A stretch of DNA of 64,000 bases from a virus. Under the pieces are notes generated by a model. That model searched no databases. It saw nothing but the letters and a program-made list of their open reading frames with translations, and was not told the DNA's origin. Numbering within the stretch: the stretch's first letter is position 1; the number at the start of each line of letters is the position of its first letter. Made by a program: the position numbers and the translations under genes. Shown piece by piece: positions 26,905-36,164 of the stretch. Where the stretch lies: positions 198,762 through 262,761 of IMG/VR virus record IMGVR_UViG_3300020429_000529; one strand, written 5' to 3'.

Positions 26905-27562
26905 ATGGAATGCAAATAAGACTCGGATTATCTATGAGAGCGAAGAAGAGTTCTTGGAGATTCAATCTGGTCGAACCAAGGATGAACTTGAGCCTTACGA
27001 CTCAACGCAATACCCGCAAGTTGTAACTGATCTTCTTCGATTCTATCCCTACATCGAGAAGAACTCGTTGATCCTTGATGCTGGATGCAGAGACGGATGG
27101 ACCATGCTCCGCATGAAGGAAGATGGTTATAATTGCGTCACTGGTGTTGATGTTGTTCCAAGGGCTATCGATTTCTGTCATCAGAGGGGGCTGAACGCTT
27201 CTGTTCAGAACATTCAAGAGATGGACTTCGATGACGCCTCGTTTGATGCTGCCTTTTGCAGGCATACGCTTGAACACACCATCAACCCCAAGAAGGCATT
27301 GAAGGAGATGGCGAGGGTCGTAAAGCCCGGTGGCGTCGTCTTTGTAATCATTCCCATTGAGTCAGGCAAGAGGAAGCTCAAGGCGAGACGGAAGATCAAG
27401 TTTGGTCACTCTTATGTCTTTGAAGGCGACAACAAGTTCCTTGAACTGATCGATGATTCTCTATACAAGCTGGTTGGCCGATTCCATGACCAAACCATCA
27501 AATACATTGCTTCGATTTTTGTGCTGAGAAGGAGATCCGATGACGACGAAGCTGATAGCTGA
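26885..27562 (+). CDS. class I SAM-dependent methyltransferase
   Basis: ILDAGCRDGWTM (motif I), VTGVDVV (motif II) and VKPGGVVFV (post-III). Confidence 0.65.
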   Translation: MRITMAEWNANKTRIIYESEEEFLEIQSGRTKDELEPYDSTQYPQVVTDLLRFYPYIEKNSLILDAGCRDGWTMLRMKEDGYNCVTGVDVVPRAIDFCHQRGLNASVQNIQEMDFDDASFDAAFCRHTLEHTINPKKALKEMARVVKPGGVVFVIIPIESGKRKLKARRKIKFGHSYVFEGDNKFLELIDDSLYKLVGRFHDQTIKYIASIFVLRRRSDDDEADS

Positions 27563-28337
27563 ACTGTCAATGAACTTCATGGGCGACATGGAGCTTGCCG
27601 AAGAGATGATCTCTGCTGCCGCTCATGCAGGCGCAGATTACGTCAAGTTTCAAACCTGGAAGGTTGACAAGCTTGTAGAAGGTCCATGGGACAATGATGG
27701 GCGTCGAGAGGTCTACGAGAAGGCAGAGCTTTCTGAGGCCGATCATGAGCATCTGAAGGTCATCTGCGAGGCGAATGGGACGAAGTTCTTGACTTCGGTC
27801 TTCTCTCCTGATCTGCTCCCCATGGTCAGCGGTCTGAGCGATTCTGTGAAGATCGCAAGCACCGAATGTTGCAATCGAGAACTGATCGATCAAGCAACAA
27901 GGTTGTTTGAGAATGTCTTTGTGAGCGTTGGCGCTACGAATGCCGAAGACTACCGATATCTTGCGGATATCGAGAATGTCTACATGTTGCATTGCGTTTC
28001 GGCATACCCTTGTCCTGCAGATCAAGTCAACATGCCTCGCCTTGACTACATCAGGAGTTTGACTCCTCGCTTTGGTTATAGCGGTCATTACTTTGGCATA
28101 TGGGATGCTATTGCTGCCATCAGCAGAGGCGCAACAGTTGTAGAGAAGCACTTCACTACTGACCAATCTCTTCCGTTTCGAGATAACCAGTTTGCGATTT
28201 TGCCGCAAGATCTGGCTCTAATCAGAGAGTATGCCGATGAGTTCGATAGGATGAACATCGATCATGGGGTCGATATGCAATCCGCCGAGGCCGAAGTTAA
28301 GAAAGCGTACTCTGGCAGATGGATGGGCACCTCTTGA
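27540..28337 (+). CDS. second NeuB-family nonulosonic acid synthase (core TIM barrel)
   Basis: IAELSMNFMGDMELAEEMISAAAHAGADYVKFQTWK matches the NeuB/PseI N-terminus. Confidence 0.65.
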   Translation: MTTKLIAELSMNFMGDMELAEEMISAAAHAGADYVKFQTWKVDKLVEGPWDNDGRREVYEKAELSEADHEHLKVICEANGTKFLTSVFSPDLLPMVSGLSDSVKIASTECCNRELIDQATRLFENVFVSVGATNAEDYRYLADIENVYMLHCVSAYPCPADQVNMPRLDYIRSLTPRFGYSGHYFGIWDAIAAISRGATVVEKHFTTDQSLPFRDNQFAILPQDLALIREYADEFDRMNIDHGVDMQSAEAEVKKAYSGRWMGTS

Positions 28338-29251
28338 TACTGTATGTTGGTCCAACTGAATACATGGATCTTGTCAAAGAAGTTTCCGGCATGTCGGTTT
28401 TTGCCGTCAACGACGAGCGAGAGATTGACATTCTCATACCGGAATGCGAATACATCCTCGATGCTTGCGTCAAGATCCCTTTTGATGCCAAGAGACTTTC
28501 GAGGGCCATGGTACTGAGGGCTTATGTTGCGGCATCAACGGGCACTTCTCACATTGATGTCGATCATCTTTCCGAGAGAAACATCCCGGTTTTGTCTCTT
28601 CTTGGTCGTCCTGAGATCAAGAATATCACATCGGCTGCCGAGCATTCATGGCATTTGTTGATGGCCGCTGCCAGAAATGTAAGAGCCTCAACGCAGCATG
28701 TTATCGACGGAGAGTGGGATCGGATGGCCTTCGATTCTCCCATGTTCATCGGTAGAACGCTTGGCGTCATCGGCTGCGGACGCATCGGAACTTGGATGGG
28801 AAGATACGCAACCGCTTTTGGCATGAATGTTGTCGGTTGCGATCCTCACGTGTCTGATTGGGAGTTTGAGCTTGCCGATATGGACGAGGTTCTGAGTCGT
28901 TCAGATTTTGTCACGATCAATGTCGCTTTGACCGATGATACGAAAGACATGATCGATCATGCTCAGTTGATGAAGATGAAGGATGGGGTCATCCTTGTCA
29001 ATACCTCCAATGGAGGCGTCATCAATGAGTACGCCTTGGCAGATAAGCTGATGTCGGGTAAGGTAGCTGCTGTAGGTCTTGATGTTCTGAAGAACGAACC
29101 CAACGTTCAAGAGAGCCCCCTTCTTGTTCTGGCTCGAAAGAATCCGAACATTGTCATAACCCCTCATATCGGAGGACGTAGCAGCGATGCCCTCAAGTAC
29201 GTCATCAAGTTCTGCGCAGAGCGAATCAGGGACCACGCCATACCTCGTTGA
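28319..29251 (+). CDS. D-isomer-specific 2-hydroxyacid dehydrogenase (phosphoglycerate dehydrogenase-like)
   Basis: Its NAD-binding motif is GVIGCGRIGTWMGRYATAFGMNVVGCDP. Catalytic-region motifs are present (VTPHIGG). Confidence 0.65.
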   Translation: MDGHLLILYVGPTEYMDLVKEVSGMSVFAVNDEREIDILIPECEYILDACVKIPFDAKRLSRAMVLRAYVAASTGTSHIDVDHLSERNIPVLSLLGRPEIKNITSAAEHSWHLLMAAARNVRASTQHVIDGEWDRMAFDSPMFIGRTLGVIGCGRIGTWMGRYATAFGMNVVGCDPHVSDWEFELADMDEVLSRSDFVTINVALTDDTKDMIDHAQLMKMKDGVILVNTSNGGVINEYALADKLMSGKVAAVGLDVLKNEPNVQESPLLVLARKNPNIVITPHIGGRSSDALKYVIKFCAERIRDHAIPR

Positions 29252-30611
29252 TGTAGCCTTTGGCGTTACGGGTAGCGGCAAATCTTGGCGAGTCGCCGAC
29301 AGCCTTGGGCCTCGATACATTCCGACGTATCACGAGGCTTCTGCTGCAATTATGGCCGGGGCTGTGAGTCTCAAAGGTTTCTTAGGGGCATCTCTTTCGA
29401 TCAAAGGGCCGGGCCTTACGAATGCCTTGCCGGGCATTGCAAACAACTTCTTTGAGAATCGACCGGCTCTCTCGATTTCTGAGCGATTCGAAGACGGATC
29501 AGAAAAGGCCCACAAAAGAGTAGACCATGACGCTCTCTTGCGACCCCTTGTGAAGGCAAGAGGACGACAAGGCTCTGACCTTGAAGTTCTATGGCATCGA
29601 GCAAGGATAGAACCTTGCGGTCCTGTTCATCAAGATCTTTGCGAGGGCGGAGAGATAGTTGTCGAGGCAGATCCGTATCGCCTGGATCCTGATGATTATC
29701 GCAAATCAAAGAGACCATCCATCCTTCTTGGAGGCGCTGCCTTGCGGAAGGGCGTTGATTTTTCGGGCGTCAACGTGCCCGTCTTTACGACTGCGACAGC
29801 GAAGGGTCTTCTCGATGAGTCGTTACCTCAGAGCGCTGGCGTCTTTACCGGGGTTGGGCTTGAGAACACCTGCGAGCCAATGACTGTTGCGGGCGATTGC
29901 GTTATCTGCGTTCAGGTTTACGATCATGAGCTTCTTTCTCCGCCTCCGAGGGCTAAGCACATAACGCTGAATGGCGTTGATGAGTTGCTGTCGTTCTTGG
30001 ATGGTAAAGAATGGGGTCTCCCGGTCATAGAGAAGACCAAGAGACAGCTTTCTGAGTTCAACATGGACGCCTGGTTGCCCTATCAGGCGTTTGACCATCT
30101 CAGCGCCCTTCCATGGCATCATGATGTTGTTGTCGATGTGGGGCTGTTCTCTGTCGTTGGAGAGCATGTCTGGCGGGCGTCTCCTGATAGAGGGTTCTAC
30201 GGAAGCCTGAATAGCCGCTATATGGGGACGGCGATCCCAACGGCCATCGGTCTCGGAGCAGTAAGCAAGAAGCCTATTTTCTGCGTCACCGGCGATGGCG
30301 GTTCCAATATGTACCTGACTGAGGCAAGAATCGCAGCAAACAGATCGATGCCCATCTGCTTCGTCATCATGTCCGATGGACGTTACGGAAGTATCGCACA
30401 GTCTTCGTCTGAACTGTATCAAGATGCTGTGAATATCTCTGCTCCCGATCATCGGGTTTTTGAAACATTTGGCATAGAGACTCATCAGGCTTTCTCGTTC
30501 AACTCTTTCGCGCACTACGTCGATACTTGGGATAGGGAATCTCCGCTCGCAATCTTCTGCTCGTTTGACCAAGATAGATATGCGACAATGACGAGAGGCT
30601 TGCGAAGATGA
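29187..30611 (+). CDS. thiamine-diphosphate-dependent enzyme (acetolactate synthase / sulfopyruvate decarboxylase / YerE-like carboligase family)
   Basis: The N-terminal Pyr domain is VDVAFGVTGSG. The C-terminal TPP-binding motif is GDGGSNMYLTEARIAANRSMPICFVIMSDGRYGSI (GDG-x24-N). The start overlaps the upstream gene by 65 nt. Confidence 0.6.
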   Translation: MPSSTSSSSAQSESGTTPYLVDVAFGVTGSGKSWRVADSLGPRYIPTYHEASAAIMAGAVSLKGFLGASLSIKGPGLTNALPGIANNFFENRPALSISERFEDGSEKAHKRVDHDALLRPLVKARGRQGSDLEVLWHRARIEPCGPVHQDLCEGGEIVVEADPYRLDPDDYRKSKRPSILLGGAALRKGVDFSGVNVPVFTTATAKGLLDESLPQSAGVFTGVGLENTCEPMTVAGDCVICVQVYDHELLSPPPRAKHITLNGVDELLSFLDGKEWGLPVIEKTKRQLSEFNMDAWLPYQAFDHLSALPWHHDVVVDVGLFSVVGEHVWRASPDRGFYGSLNSRYMGTAIPTAIGLGAVSKKPIFCVTGDGGSNMYLTEARIAANRSMPICFVIMSDGRYGSIAQSSSELYQDAVNISAPDHRVFETFGIETHQAFSFNSFAHYVDTWDRESPLAIFCSFDQDRYATMTRGLRR

Positions 30612-31582
30612 AGATACTGATACTTGGCGCTGGTTCGGTCGGTAAACGACATGCTCGTAATCTGAAAGAGCTTGGCGCTGATGTGTCTGTTTTTGACCCC
30701 AGGGAAGACCGTCGCAAAGAATGCGAAGACTTTACCGAATACCAGTTTGATGATTTAGTTTCTGTGTTTGATATCAACTGGGACGGAGCCGTTATAGCTT
30801 CGCCTCCTCATGTCCACTGCGAGCAGTTGCAGATGCTCGCAGAACGAAACATCCCGACTCTTCTTGAGAAACCGATCTGTCCAACAAGAGACGCTGCCCT
30901 TGAGACGTACAGAAAGATCGGCGGCTTCTCCAAGAAAGTCATTCTTGGGTACTCGTATCGCTGGTGGGCTCCGTTCTTGTTCTTCAAAGAGAGTCTGAGC
31001 GAGGTTGGCGATATTTTGCGAGTTGAATGCAGTATGGCTGCTCATCTTGAGGATTGGCATCCTTGGGAGTCTTACAAGGATTTCTTCATGGCTCATAAAG
31101 AGCAGGGCGGAGGCGCTTTGCTGGATGAGAGTCATGTTATTGATCTCATGCTGTGGCTATTTGGCGCTCCCAGGAAGCTTTTTGGCTGCGTAAGCAAGGT
31201 CAGCGACCTCGATATCACGACCGATGACAATGTTGACACAATCTGGTATTACGATGATAAGATCGTTCAGATTCATCTTGATTTGCATCGTCGTCCGCAT
31301 GAAAGGTCCATCAAGGCTTACGGTACAAATGGTCAGTTGACATGGAGCTTTGACGAGGTTCGCATGGACCCTAAAGACGGACCAGGTAGATCTCATAAGT
31401 TTGAGATAGAACGCAACGAAATGTTCATGCATACGGCAAGAGAGTTCTTGGATTTCATTCGCAACGGGTCTCCTTTGCGATGCTCGCTTGCCGATGGTAT
31501 ATGGGCTCTCGATATGGTTGAGGCCATCAGAGAAAGTTCACAGAAGGAAGAGGTAGTCAAATGCTCTCTGTCGCGATTGTAG
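30608..31582 (+). CDS. Gfo/Idh/MocA-family NAD(P) oxidoreductase
   Basis: MKILILGAGSVGKRHARNL Rossmann N-terminus and EKP motif (LLEKPICPT). Confidence 0.65.
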   Translation: MKILILGAGSVGKRHARNLKELGADVSVFDPREDRRKECEDFTEYQFDDLVSVFDINWDGAVIASPPHVHCEQLQMLAERNIPTLLEKPICPTRDAALETYRKIGGFSKKVILGYSYRWWAPFLFFKESLSEVGDILRVECSMAAHLEDWHPWESYKDFFMAHKEQGGGALLDESHVIDLMLWLFGAPRKLFGCVSKVSDLDITTDDNVDTIWYYDDKIVQIHLDLHRRPHERSIKAYGTNGQLTWSFDEVRMDPKDGPGRSHKFEIERNEMFMHTAREFLDFIRNGSPLRCSLADGIWALDMVEAIRESSQKEEVVKCSLSRL

Positions 31583-32232
31583 TCAATGCAAGGCTCGGTT
31601 CTTCGAGACTGCCGAACAAGATCATCAAGCCTTTCGGAGACACAACTCTCCTTGATATCGCTCTGAAGAAACTTGCAGCCATCGATAATCGAGAGAAGTA
31701 TCTCGCTGTTCATGACCAAGAACTGATCGATATCTATCGGAAGTACGAGAACGACATAGGCCTTATAGTGAGGTCTCCTGAATCGGTAGAGAAGGGAGCG
31801 GTTCCTCATCATATCGCTTTCCAGCACTACATGGATGTCAACGCCGATTCTGTCATGGTCATGAACCCTTGCCATCCCTTTACTCGACCTGAGACATACG
31901 AGAATGCTATTCAGCACTATATCGCAAAGGGTATGAGGTCCATGACATCTGTTGTCAAGAAGGAGAACATCTTCTTCGACCAGAACGGAGGGGTCGTGAA
32001 CTCCTCAAAGCAAAGGGAAGTCACGACTGTTGGGCATGACGCTCTATTCGAGATGGCGCATGCCTTCCATATCTTCCCGAAGAATGCCTTCCAAGAGGGC
32101 AGCAAAATTTGGAGCTATGAGTACGGCGATCCTGAGATGTATATTGTTGACAAGATGTCAGCCCTTGATGTAGATGATGAGATCGACTTCGCTCTCTGCG
32201 AAGGACTATACAAGAGCAATGCGAGAGATTAG
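31561..32232 (+). CDS. second CMP-sugar cytidylyltransferase (CTP_transf_3 family; CMP-nonulosonate synthetase-like)
   Basis: VAIVVNARLGSSRLPNKIIKPFGDTTLL is the N-terminal signature. Confidence 0.6.
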   Translation: MLSVAIVVNARLGSSRLPNKIIKPFGDTTLLDIALKKLAAIDNREKYLAVHDQELIDIYRKYENDIGLIVRSPESVEKGAVPHHIAFQHYMDVNADSVMVMNPCHPFTRPETYENAIQHYIAKGMRSMTSVVKKENIFFDQNGGVVNSSKQREVTTVGHDALFEMAHAFHIFPKNAFQEGSKIWSYEYGDPEMYIVDKMSALDVDDEIDFALCEGLYKSNARD

Positions 32233-32818
32233 TCTTGAACAATACATCATATCGAGAAGACCGATACTTGACAAAGAAGGCAAGTTCATTTTCTTCCCCA
32301 CGCATAAAGCATGCATGACATCCATTCAGCATGTGCTGAGGGATCGTATACTGACTCACAAAAAGCATGGTAAGAAGTACCAGAAGGCATTGAGAGCGGC
32401 AGCGGCATACCCCAAGGGGTACTACAAGTTCACGGTTGTTCGCAATCCCTATGACAGAACACTGTCTGCTTACAGGTATCTGAGCAAGATCAAGAGATAT
32501 CGAACTCTTGCGGAAGATAGGTTTAGGGACTTTTGCGTTAAGGGACTGGTTGGCTATTTGGGAGATGCGCATTTTTCGCACCAGCATCACAATGTCATGT
32601 TCCAAAACAGTCAGTTTGTTGACTTCGTTGCAAGATTCGAGAACATCGATACTGATTGGGAGATAATCGCTAACACGATTGGCTGCAAGGCCTCGCTTCC
32701 TGTCAAGAATGCGTCGAAGAAGAAGGTTGACTATCGAGACTACTACACGGACATGTCCAAGAAGACAGTCAAAAAGATATACAAGAATGATCTGAGGATA
32801 TTAGGGTATGACTTCTAA
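32174..32818 (+). CDS. second carbohydrate sulfotransferase
   Basis: FIFFPTHKACMTSIQHVL (5'-PSB-like) and VRNPYDRTLSAYRY (3'-PB RDPxxRxxSxY-like). Confidence 0.6.
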   Translation: MMRSTSLSAKDYTRAMREISLEQYIISRRPILDKEGKFIFFPTHKACMTSIQHVLRDRILTHKKHGKKYQKALRAAAAYPKGYYKFTVVRNPYDRTLSAYRYLSKIKRYRTLAEDRFRDFCVKGLVGYLGDAHFSHQHHNVMFQNSQFVDFVARFENIDTDWEIIANTIGCKASLPVKNASKKKVDYRDYYTDMSKKTVKKIYKNDLRILGYDF

Positions 32819-33911
32819 GCTCGTCGTTCCAATGTCAAACCGAACGAACTACACGAAGATACGCCCCGTGTTGTTTGAGCTTCAGAAGCATCCTGAGGTT
32901 GATGTCTCGGTTATTCTTAGCTCGGCCATACTCCTTGACGAGTACGGAGGAGCATGCAAGGATATAGAGAAGGACGGCTTCAGGATCGCCGCCAACATTG
33001 ATTGTCTATTCAAGAGCGATAGCCTCTCTGCAATGTCAAAGACGGTTGCGGTGTCTCTTCTTGAGCATACCTCGACCTTTGATCGCATCGAAGCAGATGG
33101 CATGATGTTGGTTGGAGATCGATTTGACATTTTGGGCTCTGTGCTTGCGGCAAGAATGCTCAATGTCCCGATCTTTCATATTCAGGGCGGCGAGATCACT
33201 GGCTCGATTGATGATGCTGTTCGAGACATGATTAGCGTCTGCTCTTCGAGGCATTATGTTGCCACCGATGCAGCCGCAGAACGGCTCAAGTCGATTGTCA
33301 AGCAGCCAGAGAACATCTTCAACTACGGCTGCCCTGCTGTAGAGATGATTGCCAAGACAATCATCGGAGATCCATGCCATGAGGTTTGGGGGCAAGTCGG
33401 ATTGAGCTACGGCGAAGAGTTTTTCTTGATTGCTCTCCATCCCAATACGGATGACAAGAACGATGTCGATTTCGATGTCATTATGGATGGCGTCAATCAG
33501 TTTGACAAGAAGTGTCTGATCTTTCAGCCAAATCCTGATGCGTTCAACTCGTACATCAGAGACAAGATGAACGCCATGAACTCGGACAGGCTCAGGGTCA
33601 TCAAGCATTTGCCGGTTGAATCGTTCGTTGTTCTGATGGCTCATACCAAATGCATGATCGGGAACTCAAGCGCTGGTATTCGAGAGGCCGCAAGCTTCGG
33701 AACGCCTGTTGTCAACATTGGCAAGAGGCAGAGATTCAGAGAGAGAAATCACAACGTGATCGATGTAGATTGCGGGAAAAATGAGATCGCTGATGCGATA
33801 ACGAAGTCTCTTGAAATCGGTCGATACGAGAGAAAGAACATCTATTACAAGACGGATGCATCGAAGCTCATTGCGAGCGATATTGTTTCAACTCTAACGG
33901 AGAAGTCATGA
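32808..33911 (+). CDS. neuC: UDP-N-acetylglucosamine 2-epimerase (NeuC-like, probably hydrolysing)
   Basis: The overall epimerase_2 layout is present. The N-terminal segment is TNYTKIRPVLFELQKHPEVDVSVI. The HIQGGE motif and the C-terminal GNSSAGIREA segment are present. Confidence 0.7.
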   Translation: MTSKLVVPMSNRTNYTKIRPVLFELQKHPEVDVSVILSSAILLDEYGGACKDIEKDGFRIAANIDCLFKSDSLSAMSKTVAVSLLEHTSTFDRIEADGMMLVGDRFDILGSVLAARMLNVPIFHIQGGEITGSIDDAVRDMISVCSSRHYVATDAAAERLKSIVKQPENIFNYGCPAVEMIAKTIIGDPCHEVWGQVGLSYGEEFFLIALHPNTDDKNDVDFDVIMDGVNQFDKKCLIFQPNPDAFNSYIRDKMNAMNSDRLRVIKHLPVESFVVLMAHTKCMIGNSSAGIREAASFGTPVVNIGKRQRFRERNHNVIDVDCGKNEIADAITKSLEIGRYERKNIYYKTDASKLIASDIVSTLTEKS

Positions 33912-34846
33912 AGATACTTGTCACAGGAGCTTCGGGTCAGATCGGAGCCAATCTCATAGATCGCTGGGAAGGCGAGGCCGTTGGCGTTGACCGCAACCCT
34001 CAACCATGGCCCATTAGCCACGATCGATTGGAGTTCGTACACGCTGATCTTATGGACCCGAACTGGCATGAATCAGTCAACTGGAACGACATCGACTTCC
34101 TTGTTCATTTTGCTGCATATGCCAAGGTTCATGAACTTGTTGTTGAGCCTCGAAAGGCGCTGGAGAACATTCAGGTTCTCTACAATGCTCTCGAAGTTGC
34201 CCGAGACAAGAAGTTGCCGTTTCTCTTTTCGAGTTCGAGAGAGGTCTACGGCAATATCCAAGAAAGGGATCGTCCCATCGATGAGGACGATTACGACCTC
34301 ATGCAGGAGAGCCCCTACAGCGCAAGCAAGCTCTCGGGAGAGGCAATGGTTCATGGGTTCGCCAACTGCTACGGCATGAAGTGCGGCATCATTCGCTTCA
34401 GTAATGTGTATGGGCGATTTGACAACGATCTTGAGAGAATGGAGCGAGTGATCCCGCTGTTCTTCAAGAAGATAGCCAACGATGAGCCGATCGAGGTTTA
34501 TGGGCCTGAGAAGACTCTTGACTTCACATATGTTGCGGACGCTGTTGCGGGTATCAAGTCTGCCATCCGTCATGTCAGCGAGAAAATGAAACCAGGAAGC
34601 GTTGAGACGTTCAATCTGGCTTATGGGAGCGGGCACTCGCTGAGAGAGCTTGTGATGTTCATTTCCGAGGCTGTAGGCAAGGTTCCCGACGTTTCTTGGC
34701 AGAAGCCCAGGGTAGGAGAGGTCTGTTGGTATGTTGCGGATATTGACCATGCGAAGACATGGCTTGATTTTGATCCTCAAGTGAGTCTTCGAGAGGGGAT
34801 TCAAAAAACCGCCCAATGGTACAGGGAGACTGGATTCATCTCATGA
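33908..34846 (+). CDS. NAD-dependent epimerase/dehydratase (extended SDR)
   Basis: MKILVTGASGQIGANLI (GxxGxxG) and YSASK catalytic motif. Confidence 0.7.
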   Translation: MKILVTGASGQIGANLIDRWEGEAVGVDRNPQPWPISHDRLEFVHADLMDPNWHESVNWNDIDFLVHFAAYAKVHELVVEPRKALENIQVLYNALEVARDKKLPFLFSSSREVYGNIQERDRPIDEDDYDLMQESPYSASKLSGEAMVHGFANCYGMKCGIIRFSNVYGRFDNDLERMERVIPLFFKKIANDEPIEVYGPEKTLDFTYVADAVAGIKSAIRHVSEKMKPGSVETFNLAYGSGHSLRELVMFISEAVGKVPDVSWQKPRVGEVCWYVADIDHAKTWLDFDPQVSLREGIQKTAQWYRETGFIS

Positions 34847-34889
34847 ATCTGGCCGATGTCATAGAATGTAACTGCAGGAGGATCTCTAA

Positions 34890-35753
34890 ATGCAAACAGT
34901 AGCCATCATCGGTCACGGATACGTTGGTCAAGCGATGACCGGATTCTTCCGAGACCATTACAACCTCGTTGTTGTTGACACCAAGTTCGCAGGCGATATC
35001 GTTGAGGGGCAGGTCGGCGGAACCGATCCGATCTGCACTTTCACCAAGGACTACAGAGCCGCCAATGGCGCAGACCTCGTTGTCGTCTGTCTGCCAACTC
35101 CGAGAGACGAAAAGGGGTTCTGCGATACCTCTCTTGTCGAAGAGGCGTTGCGGACGATTGAGGCTCCGTTCTTCATCATCAAGTCTACGGTTGAGCCTGG
35201 AACGACCAAGAAGCTCCAAGAAGAGACAGGCAAGAACATTGTCTTTGCTCCCGAGTTCGCTGGTGAGTCAAGGTACTGGACTGAATACAAGTTCCACACG
35301 GATGTCAAGGAGACGCCATGGTTTGTCTTCGGAGGCGAGCCCGAGTGGACGGAGAAGGCAGTCCAGTTCTACATCAAGGTTGCAGGCCCAACCAAGACCT
35401 ATCATCAGACAGACTGCACTACGGCGGAACTCGTCAAATACATCGAGAACACTTTCTTCGCCATGAAGGTTGCTTTCTGCTATGAAGTCGATCAGGTCTG
35501 CAAGACCTTTGGCGTTGACTACTACAAGCTTCGCACTGCTTGGTTGCTTGATCCAAGGCTCAGCCCGATGCATACGGCAGTCTTCGAGGAGAGCGAGAAG
35601 CCATTCGGCGGTAAGTGCTTCCCGAAGGACGTTTCTGCGATCGTAGAAGCAAGCTCTGCTAATGGATATGAACCTGAGTTGCTCAGGGAAATCTTGAAGT
35701 CAAATGAGCGCATTGGCGAGATTAGGCGAGAGCAGCACGCCAAGAAACAGTGA
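34890..35753 (+). CDS. UDP-glucose/GDP-mannose dehydrogenase family protein lacking the C-terminal UDP-binding domain
   Basis: N-terminal VAIIGHGYVGQAMT NAD-binding motif. The catalytic motif FGGKCFPKDV (GGxCFxKD) is present. The ORF ends about 100 aa short of the full-length family. Confidence 0.5.
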   Translation: MQTVAIIGHGYVGQAMTGFFRDHYNLVVVDTKFAGDIVEGQVGGTDPICTFTKDYRAANGADLVVVCLPTPRDEKGFCDTSLVEEALRTIEAPFFIIKSTVEPGTTKKLQEETGKNIVFAPEFAGESRYWTEYKFHTDVKETPWFVFGGEPEWTEKAVQFYIKVAGPTKTYHQTDCTTAELVKYIENTFFAMKVAFCYEVDQVCKTFGVDYYKLRTAWLLDPRLSPMHTAVFEESEKPFGGKCFPKDVSAIVEASSANGYEPELLREILKSNERIGEIRREQHAKKQ

Positions 35754-35846
35754 GATTTACAAGCGCTTTGCGTGGAATGCTCAGTGAAACTTGCAGGTAT
35801 CTCCGATTTTAAGTTATAGCGTCAGGCTACAACTACGGAGAACACC

Positions 35847-36164
35847 ATGCCACGCCGAAGGAAAAAGATACAGGAAGAGTTTCCATACGAAGCTACGGCT
35901 GTCATCAACATGGACGACATTTATGCGGTCATCAACTATGTTCAGTTGTCCCGCAAGAACTGCTCGTTCATTGCTGATACAGACGATTCAATCACAATGG
36001 AACATCTCTTCAAGGATTGTGAGATCAGCTTTTCGAAGCTACCCGACCCCAGCGGAGTCAAGTATAGTTTAGAGCCTCCTCCAGTGAATGCTATTCCTGA
36101 GGAGGCTTTTTTGATCGATGAAGACTACGACGACGAGATTACTGAAGAAGGTCAGTGTTTCTGA
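35847..36164 (+). CDS. hypothetical acidic protein
   Basis: 105-aa ORF preceded by a 93-nt intergenic gap. Confidence 0.35.
   Translation: MPRRRKKIQEEFPYEATAVINMDDIYAVINYVQLSRKNCSFIADTDDSITMEHLFKDCEISFSKLPDPSGVKYSLEPPPVNAIPEEAFLIDEDYDDEITEEGQCF

Noticed and set aside
29187-29251. 65-nt overlap between the dehydrogenase and the TPP-enzyme ORFs as a possible frameshift or fusion
   Set aside because: Both proteins look complete on their own (the dehydrogenase has a normal C-terminus, and the TPP enzyme's conserved N-terminal domain begins after the overlap). The overlap more likely reflects an upstream-extended start call, or genuine translational coupling.
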